The notes under the pieces: generated by a model
The model's input: the letters and a program-made list of their open reading frames with translations, nothing else
Databases searched by the model: none
What the model was told of the DNA's origin: nothing
Program-made: the position numbers and the translations under genes
Origin: an uncultured Bacteroidales bacterium
Lineage (GTDB): Bacteria; Bacteroidota; Bacteroidia; Bacteroidales; UBA3824
Assembly (NCBI GenBank): GCA_937877455.1
Contig: CALFIU010000053.1
Coordinates: 7,589-71,588, forward strand
Reading direction: 5' to 3'
Length of the DNA: 64,000 nt
Shown here: piece after piece, positions 1 through 10,336 of the stretch
Numbering within the stretch: position 1 is the stretch's first letter
How the letters are laid out: each line of letters begins with the position of its first letter

Positions 1-413
1 TCAAGAACTACAACTTGATTGTCGCTTCTATTTGTTGCTACTATTTTTTCTATGCCATCTACCCTACTCTCGCACACACAAACATTGGCTTCACCATTAA
101 ACTTACGCAACATTTGCTTTGGTTCATCACCAATTTCTGCCACTGTACTATGCTCTGTAGCTGCCACAAAACCCTTTGTCTTACGTTTATAACCACGTGA
201 CAAAACCGTTACTGAATATTTGTCCTTTAGTACATTAACGATATATTCTGTATGCGGCGTTTTACCCGTTCCACCTACGGTGATATTGCCCACCGATATT
301 ACTGGCACATCAAACTCGTGGCTACGCAATAAATTGTTGTTATACAAAAAATTGCGTACCGAAGTTATCATGCGGTAAATCCAAGATAGCGGTATGAGCA
401 ATGAACGCAACAT
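1..413 (-). CDS. lpxK: Tetraacyldisaccharide 4'-kinase LpxK, N-terminal part only; the gene continues beyond the window start
   Basis: My minus-strand translation from the ATG at 413 gives MLRSLLIPLSWIYRMITSVRNFLYNNNLLRSHEFDVPVISVGNITVGGTGKTP. This includes the canonical LpxK P-loop VGNITVGGTGKTP. The ORF is absent from the supplied track because it is truncated. Confidence 0.85.
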   Translation of the reverse strand, partial: MLRSLLIPLSWIYRMITSVRNFLYNNNLLRSHEFDVPVISVGNITVGGTGKTPHTEYIVNVLKDKYSVTVLSRGYKRKTKGFVAATEHSTVAEIGDEPKQMLRKFNGEANVCVCESRVDGIEKIVATNRSDNQVVVL

Positions 414-419
414 AATCAA

Positions 420-1670
420 TTAACATATTATACGATTTATCTGCTGACGACAAAAATTCTCAATTTCTGCAACATCAGCAAGCAAAAGCATACTGTTATC
501 TACAATAAGTTTTCCATCAGAAACAACAGCCGTTATTCCGTGTGGCTTTGCACCAAAAATTAATTGCACAACAAAGTTATTTTTATTAAGTTCCATAGGT
601 AACGGATTTTCAAAAACAATAAGATTATTTTGTCCATCACCCTTAAAGCCATTGATTTCTATATAACGATGTATAGCCCTAAGTCTTTGATATGCATCCA
701 TAGTAGATATTGCATTTTCCGTGCCAAGTGCCTTAAAATACGACATTTTAGTAGTTGCAACAAGGTTCTCTCCTGTGTAGTCGGTACCATAAAAAATATT
801 GTCGTCAAGCCATTGTGAACTAAATGGAGAAACAGCATTTTGAAGATTTCCTATAGGATTTTCGGCAGTCCAACACGGTTTAAACTTTATGCAACTCCGT
901 TCTATACCGCTAATTACATTGCAATTAGCAAGTATCGTGGACGAAAAATCCATTATTCCAGAGTCATAAAGACGTTGGACTGCGGTTGTTTTATAATCGC
1001 GCATTGTATTGGCTTCATCAATATGATCTTCTCCTGCGTTTATCAACGCACCTACTCCCACTTGTTTACAAACCGAAACAACTTCTTCAAGTAATTCCTT
1101 ACCAGCCAAAAACGAAGCATCAATCCCCATAAGTCCTTGGCTTTTTTTCACATAATCAGCATTGGCTTGCAACGCTTTTTCTGCTTTTACATAGCCATTT
1201 ATTTCTCCTGTAGCATAACTTATGAGCGTTGAAACACCAAACCGATTAAATTCTTGTTCCACAATCTCAAAGGATTTTTCAATAATGGCAGGAGCTTCAA
1301 GACGTACAATTGCAAATGTACAACCATTTTTTACAGCTTGCAACGCCGAAAACATTGCCGATGCCCTAAGCAAATCCTCATCAAGATTTTGGGAATATTT
1401 CCATAGCACATCGCTTAAAAACTTAAAATATGGTGTTTTTTGCGCAATAAAATATTTTGAACTTGGCACAAAAATATATTCAGGCCGCATATAACCATCA
1501 GCAAAAGAATGTGTTATATATTTTCCCGAACAATCTATTGTTTTATCAGCCAATACAGAACTTCCTCGTTGCAAAATTTCAATGCCACTTTCTGATGCAA
1601 GTATATCTACTTGACTGAAATCCAATGTTTTGTAGTCTATATATGTTCCGTTTTTGAGTAAAACTGACAT
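420..1670 (-). CDS. Amidohydrolase-superfamily protein (SsnA/chlorohydrolase-like), possibly lacking the metal ligands
   Basis: The family-typical N-terminus MSVLLKNGTYIDY and a GTD motif are present. I chose the ATG at 1670 rather than 1742 because the 24-codon extension is encoded by a terminator-like hairpin. Confidence 0.6.
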   Translation of the reverse strand: MSVLLKNGTYIDYKTLDFSQVDILASESGIEILQRGSSVLADKTIDCSGKYITHSFADGYMRPEYIFVPSSKYFIAQKTPYFKFLSDVLWKYSQNLDEDLLRASAMFSALQAVKNGCTFAIVRLEAPAIIEKSFEIVEQEFNRFGVSTLISYATGEINGYVKAEKALQANADYVKKSQGLMGIDASFLAGKELLEEVVSVCKQVGVGALINAGEDHIDEANTMRDYKTTAVQRLYDSGIMDFSSTILANCNVISGIERSCIKFKPCWTAENPIGNLQNAVSPFSSQWLDDNIFYGTDYTGENLVATTKMSYFKALGTENAISTMDAYQRLRAIHRYIEINGFKGDGQNNLIVFENPLPMELNKNNFVVQLIFGAKPHGITAVVSDGKLIVDNSMLLLADVAEIENFCRQQINRIIC

Positions 1671-1691
1671 TTTTGTTTTTCTTATAATAAA

Positions 1692-1733
1692 AAATCCGTT
1701 TTTGCAACACAAAATAACTGCAAAAACGGATTT
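1692..1733 (-). terminator. Hairpin plus T-run downstream of the DUF4301 gene
   Basis: 15-bp arms aaatccgtttttgca / tgcaaaaacggattt. On the minus strand the hairpin is followed by ttttttatta. Confidence 0.5.
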
Positions 1734-1741
1734 ATAATTCA

Positions 1742-3280
1742 TTATTGATGCTGTGGTCTTAGAAGGTCAAGCACGGTTTTTACAGGACTAAATGTGTCAA
1801 TTGGCACTTGAACAAATATAGTGTTCCAATCAGACATAGCACCATTCCAAAGTCCGGGACGTTCTATTGATTTAAGAGCTTTTCCATTTTTGGATTTATG
1901 CGAAATAAAACCAGTTTGTGGGTCGGTAAAATTACGAAGGTCAAATTTATTTCCCTCTACATCTGTTACATCGCAAACAAGGTCAACAGGATTAAAATGC
2001 GTTGCACCTTTTAATATACCCATGCTTTTTTCATCATTCTTATCAATTTGCGATGATTCAACAATTTGTAACGATGTTGTTCCGTCGGGATTTTTAGCCC
2101 AAAAAGGACCTCCACCCGGCTCGCCTTCGTTTTTTACCATACCGCAAATACGCAACGGACGACGTAGTTTTTTGAGCAACAATTCTGCTTTCTTTGCCGA
2201 TGAAAGACTTAGAAAATCGGTATCAAACTCGGTACAAAGTTTTTTTGAAATAAATACATACGCCTCGTCCAACACATTTTGAGTAGGATTATTTTCAAGC
2301 AGTTTTATATATTCGGCAATATTTTCCTTTGTTTTAAGCAAATACCCCGCCAATGCTTTTTTATATTTTACGGTAACATCCTTTCGGTTATCGGGCAAAA
2401 CATTGTCTATTGTTTTTACAAAAATAATCCTTGCATCAATGTCGTTAAGATTTTCAATTAACGAACCATGCCCTGCAGGACGAAATAAAGGCGTTCCATC
2501 ATCATTGCGGAATATCTCATTATTTTCGTCAACAGCCACTGTATCAGTAAACTTTTTCTGCGTTGAAAAAGTTATTTCAAGTTTACAACCAAACTTTTCT
2601 TCAAAAGCAGGAACAGCATCTTCAACAAACTTACTAAACATTTGCAAGTGTTCTGGTGATACTGTGTAATGTATCCTTACCTTTTTATTAGAAATAGCAT
2701 ACTGCAATCCTTCTGCAATATGTTCTTCTACAGGTGTACGCGAAGTGTTTTTGTATCGATGAAACTCAATAAGTCCTTTTGGTAAAAATCCGTAATTAAG
2801 ACCTTCTTTGCCAATAACCGACTTTACAATGTCTTGAGGACGATGAGCTTGCAACATTTCTTTAATCGACAAACCATAGTTATTATACACTATCTTTTGA
2901 AGTTTGTCGTAAAAAGCAAAACGATCTATATTATCGATAAACTTACGAGCAGGCAACGATGTATCGGCAAATTTTTGTCTCTGTTCTTGGCTACCGTCAT
3001 ATTCAGCTACAAAAACATATAAATCTTTAAACATACGACTGGCTGCACCCGATGCAGGAACAAACTTAACTATATCAAATTTGTCGGCTTCCTTACTATA
3101 ACGTTGCGCATATTTTGCAACCTCATCATCGGTAAAACAACGAATACCGTCGTTAACGGTAGCTGGCCGAGAAAGTTGCAAATACGGAAATCCGTTTTTG
3201 TAACATTCTATCTGCCTGTCAATTTCTTGGGTTGAGATACCCATCTCTCCAAAAACTTTTAAGTCGCTTTCTTGATACAT
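1742..3280 (-). CDS. DUF4301-family protein (about 510 aa, conserved in Bacteroidota)
   Basis: Full-length 512-aa ORF. The N-terminus (GISTQEIDRQIECYKNGFPYLQLSRPATVNDGI) and the length match my recollection of DUF4301. A PASGAASRMF loop suggests a nucleotide-binding fold. Confidence 0.55.
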   Translation of the reverse strand: MYQESDLKVFGEMGISTQEIDRQIECYKNGFPYLQLSRPATVNDGIRCFTDDEVAKYAQRYSKEADKFDIVKFVPASGAASRMFKDLYVFVAEYDGSQEQRQKFADTSLPARKFIDNIDRFAFYDKLQKIVYNNYGLSIKEMLQAHRPQDIVKSVIGKEGLNYGFLPKGLIEFHRYKNTSRTPVEEHIAEGLQYAISNKKVRIHYTVSPEHLQMFSKFVEDAVPAFEEKFGCKLEITFSTQKKFTDTVAVDENNEIFRNDDGTPLFRPAGHGSLIENLNDIDARIIFVKTIDNVLPDNRKDVTVKYKKALAGYLLKTKENIAEYIKLLENNPTQNVLDEAYVFISKKLCTEFDTDFLSLSSAKKAELLLKKLRRPLRICGMVKNEGEPGGGPFWAKNPDGTTSLQIVESSQIDKNDEKSMGILKGATHFNPVDLVCDVTDVEGNKFDLRNFTDPQTGFISHKSKNGKALKSIERPGLWNGAMSDWNTIFVQVPIDTFSPVKTVLDLLRPQHQ

Positions 3281-3725
3281 AATGCTATCTTTAATGGTTT
3301 TATGTCGAGTTTTATAAATTAAAGAAAGCCCGACTCTTTGCCGGTGCTTTCTTCAAAAATAACACTTAAAATCAAACAAGATATGAAAAAATAATTAAAA
3401 AATTCAATTTTATCTTAGCTTTAAAGCCCTATTTACAAACTTTAAAGCCAAGACAACCCATACCTTAACCCAACATAATGTTGTCATCGTTTGATAAACG
3501 TGTTTTGTTATCCGCAAATTTAAAATCTAATTTTAAAACGCACAATTTTTTTCATATTTTTTTCAACTTTTTTTTTTAACATTTTCTAACAACATTCACA
3601 TTTATATTAAGGTGTGGTTATAGAAAAACATACTTTTTTATAATAGAAAGATAATGTCAACAAATTAGAGTAAATAAAAGTTAGTTAATTTTTCAATACT
3701 ATTTATTAAAAGCAACTTTTTTTTT

Positions 3726-3733
3726 TACTTTTG
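3726..3733 (+). promoter_or_regulatory. Bacteroidota -7 promoter box TAnnTTTG (tacttttg)
   Basis: Exact match to TAnnTTTG, 24 nt upstream of the ATG at 3757. Confidence 0.45.
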
Positions 3734-3756
3734 CACCATAAATTAAAAAAATAACA

Positions 3757-5688
3757 ATGCGCAAAAAAAGTCTAAGTTTAATTATTATAATATGCCTTGC
3801 ATTGCAATGCGCTGCGCAAGACAAAACCCTATTTACCATCGATGGAAACCCAATAGGTAGCGTTTATTTTACAAACGAATGTCAACGACTATTTACATAC
3901 ACTGGTAATGATACCGCAGCCATAGACCAATTACTACAAAACTATATAAACTATTGTGCAGTTGCTTACGATGCAAAAAAAAAGCATCTCGACACCACAA
4001 AAACATACAGGTTGGCAATGGAACATCAAAAAACATACGAAATTTTCAACCACATTGCTCAAAGCCGAGATACAAAAAAAATTATACAAGAAATAAAAAA
4101 ACGCGCCGATTATCAATATCACGTCTATGAAATAACTGTTAACATTAGTTCCATTAGCGGTAATGATAGTTCATTGGCATACCGCAAAGCCGAGAGTATT
4201 CGTAGTAGAATAGAAAACGGTGCAAATTTTTCGCGTGTTGCACGACAGGTATCGGATAATATATGTGTAAATCGCAATGGTGGCGACCTCGGATACGTAT
4301 CAACCATGGAGATGCCAGGAGGATTTTTTGAAGACTATGTAATAAAAGCACCCATCGGAGAATTATCTAAACCAATAAAAAGCAACAACGCCTACCATAT
4401 TATAAAAGTAACCGATAAACGCAAAGCCATCGACAGCGTAAACATCACATACTTAGCATTTGCAAAAGGAACGAAAAAATACAATGATAGTATAAAAGAC
4501 TTAGTTTCAAACGTTTACAACTCACTAAAAACTGGTGCTAACATAGAAACTTTACGAAAAAAACATTGCGATTTCTGCCCAAAAAGCGAAACAATATCAC
4601 TAAAAGATGCTGCTGAAATTTTTGGAAGCGACATTTTTAAAATTAAAGAAAACGAACTATCAAATCTAATTGAAACCGACAATTGTTGGTATATCGTAAA
4701 ACTAAACAAAAACATTGCAAGAATAGTAAACGATAGCCTATACAACATTTTACAACAAAAATTTCTTTACGACGAGAGATTACAACCAAGCATTATGCAG
4801 TTTAAAGACAGCATAAAAAAAGTAGCTGGATACAAAAAATTAGGGACATTTGAAAGTTTATATCCATATTTCAAAGATTCAGCTATCTACCGTGGTCAAT
4901 GGCAACAAACCGACTTTCTACATCTCGACGAAAAACTATTTAAAATCGACAACCAAACATACACCGTAGCCGACTTGGCAGAATATATCTATCAAAATCA
5001 AAAGCCATGCCCCCCAACCAAAGCATCAATATACATAACAAATAGTTACAACAATTTTGTAAACGAAAAACTAATAAACATTTCTCAAAATATACTTTAC
5101 AAAAGCAATGCTGCGTATCGTCACAACATCGATAGCGCATCAATAGCCACACTTTACAACCTCGCATCTATGCACAACAATTTTTTACAAATAGCACAAG
5201 ACAAAAAGGCTGTAGAAAAATATTATAATACCAATATCAACAAATACACTTCTAAGTACAAACTACAATTAGAAATATACAAGGCAAAAGACCCTTCTGC
5301 GGTTAAGAAAAACATCAAAGAAATAAACAAATACGTACAAAAACTTATCACACAACCATCAAACACAATGTTTGATAAAGTAGGTGCAGGTATCTTCGCA
5401 CGTGGCAAAAACGAAATAGCCGACATGGTAACCGATGGATTCAACAATGGAAAATATACCATGCCAAAAGACGAAATAATCTCTTGTAAAGCAGGTGAAT
5501 ACTTTGTAATTACAAAAATATTACAAAAACCAGAACCTACGCCATTATCCGAAATATACACCAAAGTGCAAAACGACTATTCTCAACAACTAAATAAAGA
5601 ATACATCGACGGACTCAAAAGCAAATACAAGATAAACATAAACCATGAAACCTTACAACAAATAAAAAATTATTTTAGCAATCGTTAG
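3757..5688 (+). CDS. Parvulin-type (PpiC) peptidyl-prolyl isomerase, large secreted SurA/PpiD-like chaperone
   Basis: Signal peptide plus a parvulin core (GGDLGYVSTMEMPGGFFEDYV...AYHIIKV). Confidence 0.75.
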   Translation: MRKKSLSLIIIICLALQCAAQDKTLFTIDGNPIGSVYFTNECQRLFTYTGNDTAAIDQLLQNYINYCAVAYDAKKKHLDTTKTYRLAMEHQKTYEIFNHIAQSRDTKKIIQEIKKRADYQYHVYEITVNISSISGNDSSLAYRKAESIRSRIENGANFSRVARQVSDNICVNRNGGDLGYVSTMEMPGGFFEDYVIKAPIGELSKPIKSNNAYHIIKVTDKRKAIDSVNITYLAFAKGTKKYNDSIKDLVSNVYNSLKTGANIETLRKKHCDFCPKSETISLKDAAEIFGSDIFKIKENELSNLIETDNCWYIVKLNKNIARIVNDSLYNILQQKFLYDERLQPSIMQFKDSIKKVAGYKKLGTFESLYPYFKDSAIYRGQWQQTDFLHLDEKLFKIDNQTYTVADLAEYIYQNQKPCPPTKASIYITNSYNNFVNEKLINISQNILYKSNAAYRHNIDSASIATLYNLASMHNNFLQIAQDKKAVEKYYNTNINKYTSKYKLQLEIYKAKDPSAVKKNIKEINKYVQKLITQPSNTMFDKVGAGIFARGKNEIADMVTDGFNNGKYTMPKDEIISCKAGEYFVITKILQKPEPTPLSEIYTKVQNDYSQQLNKEYIDGLKSKYKININHETLQQIKNYFSNR

Positions 5689-5694
5689 CCCACA

Positions 5695-6585
5695 ATGAAA
5701 AAAAATTTAACAGTAATATTAATCATAGCAGCCATTATTTCTGCATGTAGTAGACCCGACAACTTTGAGGGTAAAACACCAATAGCCAAGGTTTACGACA
5801 AATATTTGTTTTACGAAGACCTCGGCGAAATAATTCCACAAGGCACACCACCTTCCGATAGCGAAGAAATTGTACGCGGATACATCGACATTTGGGCAAA
5901 AAAAGAACTTATGGTAAAAAACGCCGAAATTAATCTCAGTGAAGAACAAAAAGACGTATCAAAACAGTTAGAAGAATACCGCGCCTCACTATTGGTGTAT
6001 AAGTACAAAGACAAATTTATAGAGCAAAAACTCGACACTGCTATTAAACCAGATGAAGCAGCAAAGTATTATCAAGAACACTCCGAAGATTTTATACTAA
6101 ATGCCAACGCCATAAAATGTATCTTTGTGCAAAGCCTAAGCGAAAAACCCGATTTAAACAAATTGCGCGGCTATTTGGCACTTAAAGACCAAAAAGACTC
6201 AGCAGATTTATACGATTTTTGTAAAAACAACTCAATAAAAATAGATAATTTTGGCTCTCGATGGATTTACTATTCAGAAATAGCCAAACTAATGCCCGAA
6301 CCTGTGGATATAAAAAACACAATAACAAAATATAACGGGCTTGCAGTACAAGGCGATGGACAATATGTCTATTACCTTAAAATATTAGACTACAAAGCAA
6401 TCGGCGATGTTGCGCCATACGAAATGGTAAAACAAAACATTGCAAAGGTAATGGTAAGCAAACAAAAAAACGAAATAATAACAGAAATGGAGCAATCTAT
6501 TTGGAACACAGCGTTAAACAACGGAAATCTGGAATATTTTGAACCAACAAAAAATAAACCAGCTGACAACCAAGAAATAAAATGA
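5695..6585 (+). CDS. Lipoprotein, SurA-N/PpiD-like chaperone-domain protein
   Basis: Lipobox (IIAAIISAC|S). The gene is tightly packed between two parvulin genes. The similarity is weak and comes from memory only. Confidence 0.45.
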   Translation: MKKNLTVILIIAAIISACSRPDNFEGKTPIAKVYDKYLFYEDLGEIIPQGTPPSDSEEIVRGYIDIWAKKELMVKNAEINLSEEQKDVSKQLEEYRASLLVYKYKDKFIEQKLDTAIKPDEAAKYYQEHSEDFILNANAIKCIFVQSLSEKPDLNKLRGYLALKDQKDSADLYDFCKNNSIKIDNFGSRWIYYSEIAKLMPEPVDIKNTITKYNGLAVQGDGQYVYYLKILDYKAIGDVAPYEMVKQNIAKVMVSKQKNEIITEMEQSIWNTALNNGNLEYFEPTKNKPADNQEIK

Positions 6586-7943
6586 AAATAAATTACAAAA
6601 TACCAACAATTACAGCCGCTTTATTAGCAGCCACAGCAACCACTTACGCACAAGACACCATCGTAATAGACAAAGTGGTGGCCATAGTGGGCAACAAGAT
6701 AATCCTTCAATCGGAAGTAGAATCGCAGTATATGCAAGCACAAGCACGCAATCAAAAAACCGATAGGTGTGTTATTTTTGAAGATTTGTTATACCAAAAA
6801 TTATTAATAACACAGGCAGAAATCGACAGCTTAGAAGTATCCGACAAAGAAGTTGATGCCGAATTAAGCAACCGTCTATCAGGATTTATAGACCAACTTG
6901 GTGGCGTAGAAAAAGTAGAAGAATACTTCGATAAACCATTGGCCGAAATAAAAGAAAACCTCAGAGATGTTACCAAAGATCAACTTTTGGCTCAACGTAT
7001 GCGCTCAGAAATAACCAAAGACATAAAAGTAACCCCTTCGGAAGTTAACAACTATTATAAAAAACTTCCAAAAGATTCATTGCCACTTATAGATATGCAA
7101 TTGGAAATGAATCAAATAGTATTCTATCCACAAATTTCTAAAAGCGACAAAGAAACAGTAAAAAAACGCCTTCTCGACATAAAAAACGATGTACTTAGCG
7201 GTAACAAAAAATTTGAAACCATGGCCATACTTTATAGCGAAGATCCCGGCTCTGCCACCAACGGTGGGGAACTTGGAATGATGTCGCGTGGTGAACTTGT
7301 GCCAGAATTTTCAACAGCAGCTTTTTCTCTTAAACCAGACTCTATTTCCGACGTTATAGAAAGCGAATTTGGCTACCACATTATACAAATGATAGAACGA
7401 AAAGGCGAAAGAATAAACGTAAGGCACATTTTGATGAAACCAAAATTCAATGTCGAAGCAAAACAAAAAGCTAAACAACAAGCAGACAGCGTTTATAAAG
7501 CATTGGAAGACAAAAAACTTAGTTTCTCCGATGCCGCAAAAATTTTCTCTCAAGACGACAAAACTAACAAAAACGGTGGTTTAGTTGTCAACCCATACAC
7601 TGGCACTTCTAAATTCTCCGTTGATCAAGTTTATCCCGCCAACTACTATTACATAAAAAATCTCGAAGAAGGTCAATACACACGCCCATTTGAAACCTAC
7701 GACGACAAAGGTAACACTGTGTTTAAAATAATACAATTAAAATCAAGAGTACAGCCACACGAAGCTACGATAGAAACCGACTATCAAACCATTCAAGATA
7801 TGGCATTAAACGAAAAATACAAAAAAGCATACGACAAATGGATAAGCGAAAAACAAGTTGAAACATACATCAAAATAGGTAGTAACTACAAAGATTGCAA
7901 CTTCAACTACAAAGGATGGCTACACAACGAAATTAAACGTTAA
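6582..7943 (+). CDS. SurA-like periplasmic chaperone / parvulin PPIase
   Basis: Signal peptide, a SurA-N-like region and a parvulin motif (GGELGMMSRGELVPEF...FGYHIIQ). There is an ATGA overlap with the upstream gene. Confidence 0.75.
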   Translation: MKINYKIPTITAALLAATATTYAQDTIVIDKVVAIVGNKIILQSEVESQYMQAQARNQKTDRCVIFEDLLYQKLLITQAEIDSLEVSDKEVDAELSNRLSGFIDQLGGVEKVEEYFDKPLAEIKENLRDVTKDQLLAQRMRSEITKDIKVTPSEVNNYYKKLPKDSLPLIDMQLEMNQIVFYPQISKSDKETVKKRLLDIKNDVLSGNKKFETMAILYSEDPGSATNGGELGMMSRGELVPEFSTAAFSLKPDSISDVIESEFGYHIIQMIERKGERINVRHILMKPKFNVEAKQKAKQQADSVYKALEDKKLSFSDAAKIFSQDDKTNKNGGLVVNPYTGTSKFSVDQVYPANYYYIKNLEEGQYTRPFETYDDKGNTVFKIIQLKSRVQPHEATIETDYQTIQDMALNEKYKKAYDKWISEKQVETYIKIGSNYKDCNFNYKGWLHNEIKR

Positions 7944-7964
7944 CAACAAAAAAAAACAAAAGAA

Positions 7965-8930
7965 ATGATAGAATTTAAAGACAGCGTAGAGGCAGCCGAC
8001 TCACTCAAACAAAAACACCAACAACTTTTGTCAGAGATAGGCAAAACCGTTTACGGACAACAACAAATAATAGAACAAGTGCTTACCGTTATTTTTAGTG
8101 GCGGTCATTGTCTGCTTGTTGGCGTTCCCGGACTTGCTAAAACATTGTTGGTTAACACAATAGCCAAAGCGTTAGATCTAAAATACAAACGCATACAATT
8201 TACACCAGACCTTATGCCATCCGACATAACTGGAAGCGAAATTCTCGACGAAAACCATAATTTTAAATTCATAAAAGGACCAGTATTCGCCAACATAATC
8301 CTCGCTGACGAGATAAACCGTACACCTCCAAAAACACAATCGGCATTACTCGAGGCCATGCAAGAACACACAGTTACAGTTTCGGGCGCAAACTACGCCT
8401 TGGAACAACCTTTCTTTGTATTGGCAACCCAAAACCCAGTGGAGCAAGAAGGTACTTATCCTCTGCCAGAAGCACAGCTCGACCGTTTTATGTTTAACGT
8501 AATACTCGATTACCCAAACCCTGACGATGAAATAACAATAGTAAAAAATACTACACGCGACACTTCACCTCAAACATCAAAAATTTTGTCGGCAGAAGAA
8601 ATTATTTACTATCGCGATTTGATAAAAAAAGCCGCAGTAAGCGACAACGTTATAAAATACGCAGTTATGCTCGCTGCACAAACACGTCCAAAAACAAAGT
8701 TTGCCAACGCTGCCGCCAACAAATACCTCAATTGGGGTGCCGGTCCACGTGCATCGCAATATTTGGTTGCAGGTGCTAAAACTCACGCCTTGCTTCACGG
8801 TAAATACTCACCAGACATCGATGATGTTAAAGCCGTAGCCCTTCCTGTATTACGCCACCGTATAGTAAGAAATTACCAAGCCGAAGCGGAAGGTATTACC
8901 GAAGACGATTTAATAAAAATGATGTTATAA
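7965..8930 (+). CDS. MoxR-family AAA+ ATPase
   Basis: Walker A GVPGLAKT, Walker B ILADEINR, and the typical MoxR length of 321 aa. Confidence 0.85.
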   Translation: MIEFKDSVEAADSLKQKHQQLLSEIGKTVYGQQQIIEQVLTVIFSGGHCLLVGVPGLAKTLLVNTIAKALDLKYKRIQFTPDLMPSDITGSEILDENHNFKFIKGPVFANIILADEINRTPPKTQSALLEAMQEHTVTVSGANYALEQPFFVLATQNPVEQEGTYPLPEAQLDRFMFNVILDYPNPDDEITIVKNTTRDTSPQTSKILSAEEIIYYRDLIKKAAVSDNVIKYAVMLAAQTRPKTKFANAAANKYLNWGAGPRASQYLVAGAKTHALLHGKYSPDIDDVKAVALPVLRHRIVRNYQAEAEGITEDDLIKMML

Positions 8931-9035
8931 AGTATTGATTTATAATATTTTAATACAAAATAACCCCATAAAACAACAAACAGATAGTTTTTTCAAAAAA
9001 AAGTTATACCTTTGAACCCGAAATAAAAAAAAGCA

Positions 9036-9557
9036 ATGGAATTTTTAGAAATATTAAAATACATACTGCCATCAATAGTAGTTCTAATATGTAGTTATCT
9101 AACTATCAGGCAGTTTAACGATCGTGAAGATGCTCGTTTACATGCCCAATTAAGCGCATCAACAGTAAAAACCACAACACCAATACGGTTGGCAGCATAC
9201 GAACGCATCGTTCTTTTCTTAGAACGCATTACTCCCGAAAGTATTATGCGTCGCGTACTCCAACCAAATATGACATCCAAAGAACTTCTCACCGCCCTAA
9301 TAATAACCGTGCGTACAGAATTTGAACACAATCTATCGCAACAAATATACATTAGTAGCGATGCATGGGTTTCGGTAAAACAAGCAAAAGAAAGCATGAT
9401 TCAACTCTACACTGCCGCTGCACAAAGATTTGAAAACAATGCAAAAGCATCAGAATTGGCACAAACTATAATAGAAATGTATGCTTCGGTAGAAGAATCA
9501 CCTGTAACAATAGCAATAGAAAAAATAAAACAAGAAATAAGCGAAACATTCAATTAA
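9036..9557 (+). CDS. Hypothetical membrane-anchored protein
   Basis: 173-aa ORF with an N-terminal TM helix. It is preceded by the -7 box tacctttg at 9007-9014. I recognise no family. Confidence 0.5.
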   Translation: MEFLEILKYILPSIVVLICSYLTIRQFNDREDARLHAQLSASTVKTTTPIRLAAYERIVLFLERITPESIMRRVLQPNMTSKELLTALIITVRTEFEHNLSQQIYISSDAWVSVKQAKESMIQLYTAAAQRFENNAKASELAQTIIEMYASVEESPVTIAIEKIKQEISETFN

Positions 9558-9573
9558 AAAAAAGAAAAAAAAC

Positions 9574-10314
9574 ATGAAAAAAATATTTATTGCAATAATC
9601 ACACTATTGATGATGAGCAACATGTCCATCGCCCAAAAATACTTCGACAAAGCCAAACTTGCAAGCCGACAAGATACACTTAGTTACAGCATAGGCGTAC
9701 TCTTAGCAAGCAATATGGCAAAAGAAGGTCTCGACTACGATGCTACAATAGTAGGAAAAGCATTTAGAGATGTGGCACAAAAAGAAACATGGGATATCTC
9801 TCTTGATTATGCACAAGATTTTATACAAAAATATTTTCAAGAAATAGAAGAACGCATTCGCCAAGAAAAAACCAAGGAAAGCGACCGTTTCTTTGCCGAA
9901 AACGCAAAAAAAGAAGGCATTAAAACTACACCAAGTGGGCTACAATACAAAATTTTAAAACAAGGCAATGGTCAACACGCTTGCGACACATGCGACGTTA
10001 ATGTACATTACGAAGGAAAACTTTTAGACGGAACGGTATTCGATAGTTCTTACGACCAAGAAGATCCCGTAACCATAAACCCACAATACGTAATACCAGG
10101 AATGGCAGAAGCCTTACTACTAATGGACGAAGGCTCGGAATACGAAATATACATTCCATGGAATCTTGCATACGGAGAGTATTCTCCAGCCGAAATAATT
10201 CCAGCCTACTCGTCGCTCATCTTTACTATAGATTTAGTATCAATACCCAAAGACGAACCAACCAACGCAGATCAATTTGACGACGACGGCATGAAATCAG
10301 ATCCAAAAAATTAA
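9574..10314 (+). CDS. FKBP-type peptidyl-prolyl isomerase (Mip/FklB-like)
   Basis: Signal peptide, an N-terminal dimerisation-like helix and an FKBP core (VHYEGKLLDGTVFDSS...LIFTIDLVSI). Confidence 0.8.
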   Translation: MKKIFIAIITLLMMSNMSIAQKYFDKAKLASRQDTLSYSIGVLLASNMAKEGLDYDATIVGKAFRDVAQKETWDISLDYAQDFIQKYFQEIEERIRQEKTKESDRFFAENAKKEGIKTTPSGLQYKILKQGNGQHACDTCDVNVHYEGKLLDGTVFDSSYDQEDPVTINPQYVIPGMAEALLLMDEGSEYEIYIPWNLAYGEYSPAEIIPAYSSLIFTIDLVSIPKDEPTNADQFDDDGMKSDPKN

Positions 10315-10336
10315 AACGTTATTATACAAAATAAAA

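Noticed and set aside
3281-3756. Possible ncRNA or DnaA box in the 476-bp AT-rich spacer (hairpin gaaagc…gctttc at about 3335-3365, and ttatccgca at about 3512)
   Set aside because: There is a single near-consensus DnaA box and one modest hairpin, with no recognisable Rfam-like motif (no RNase P, tmRNA, SRP or riboswitch signatures that I can identify). The evidence is insufficient.
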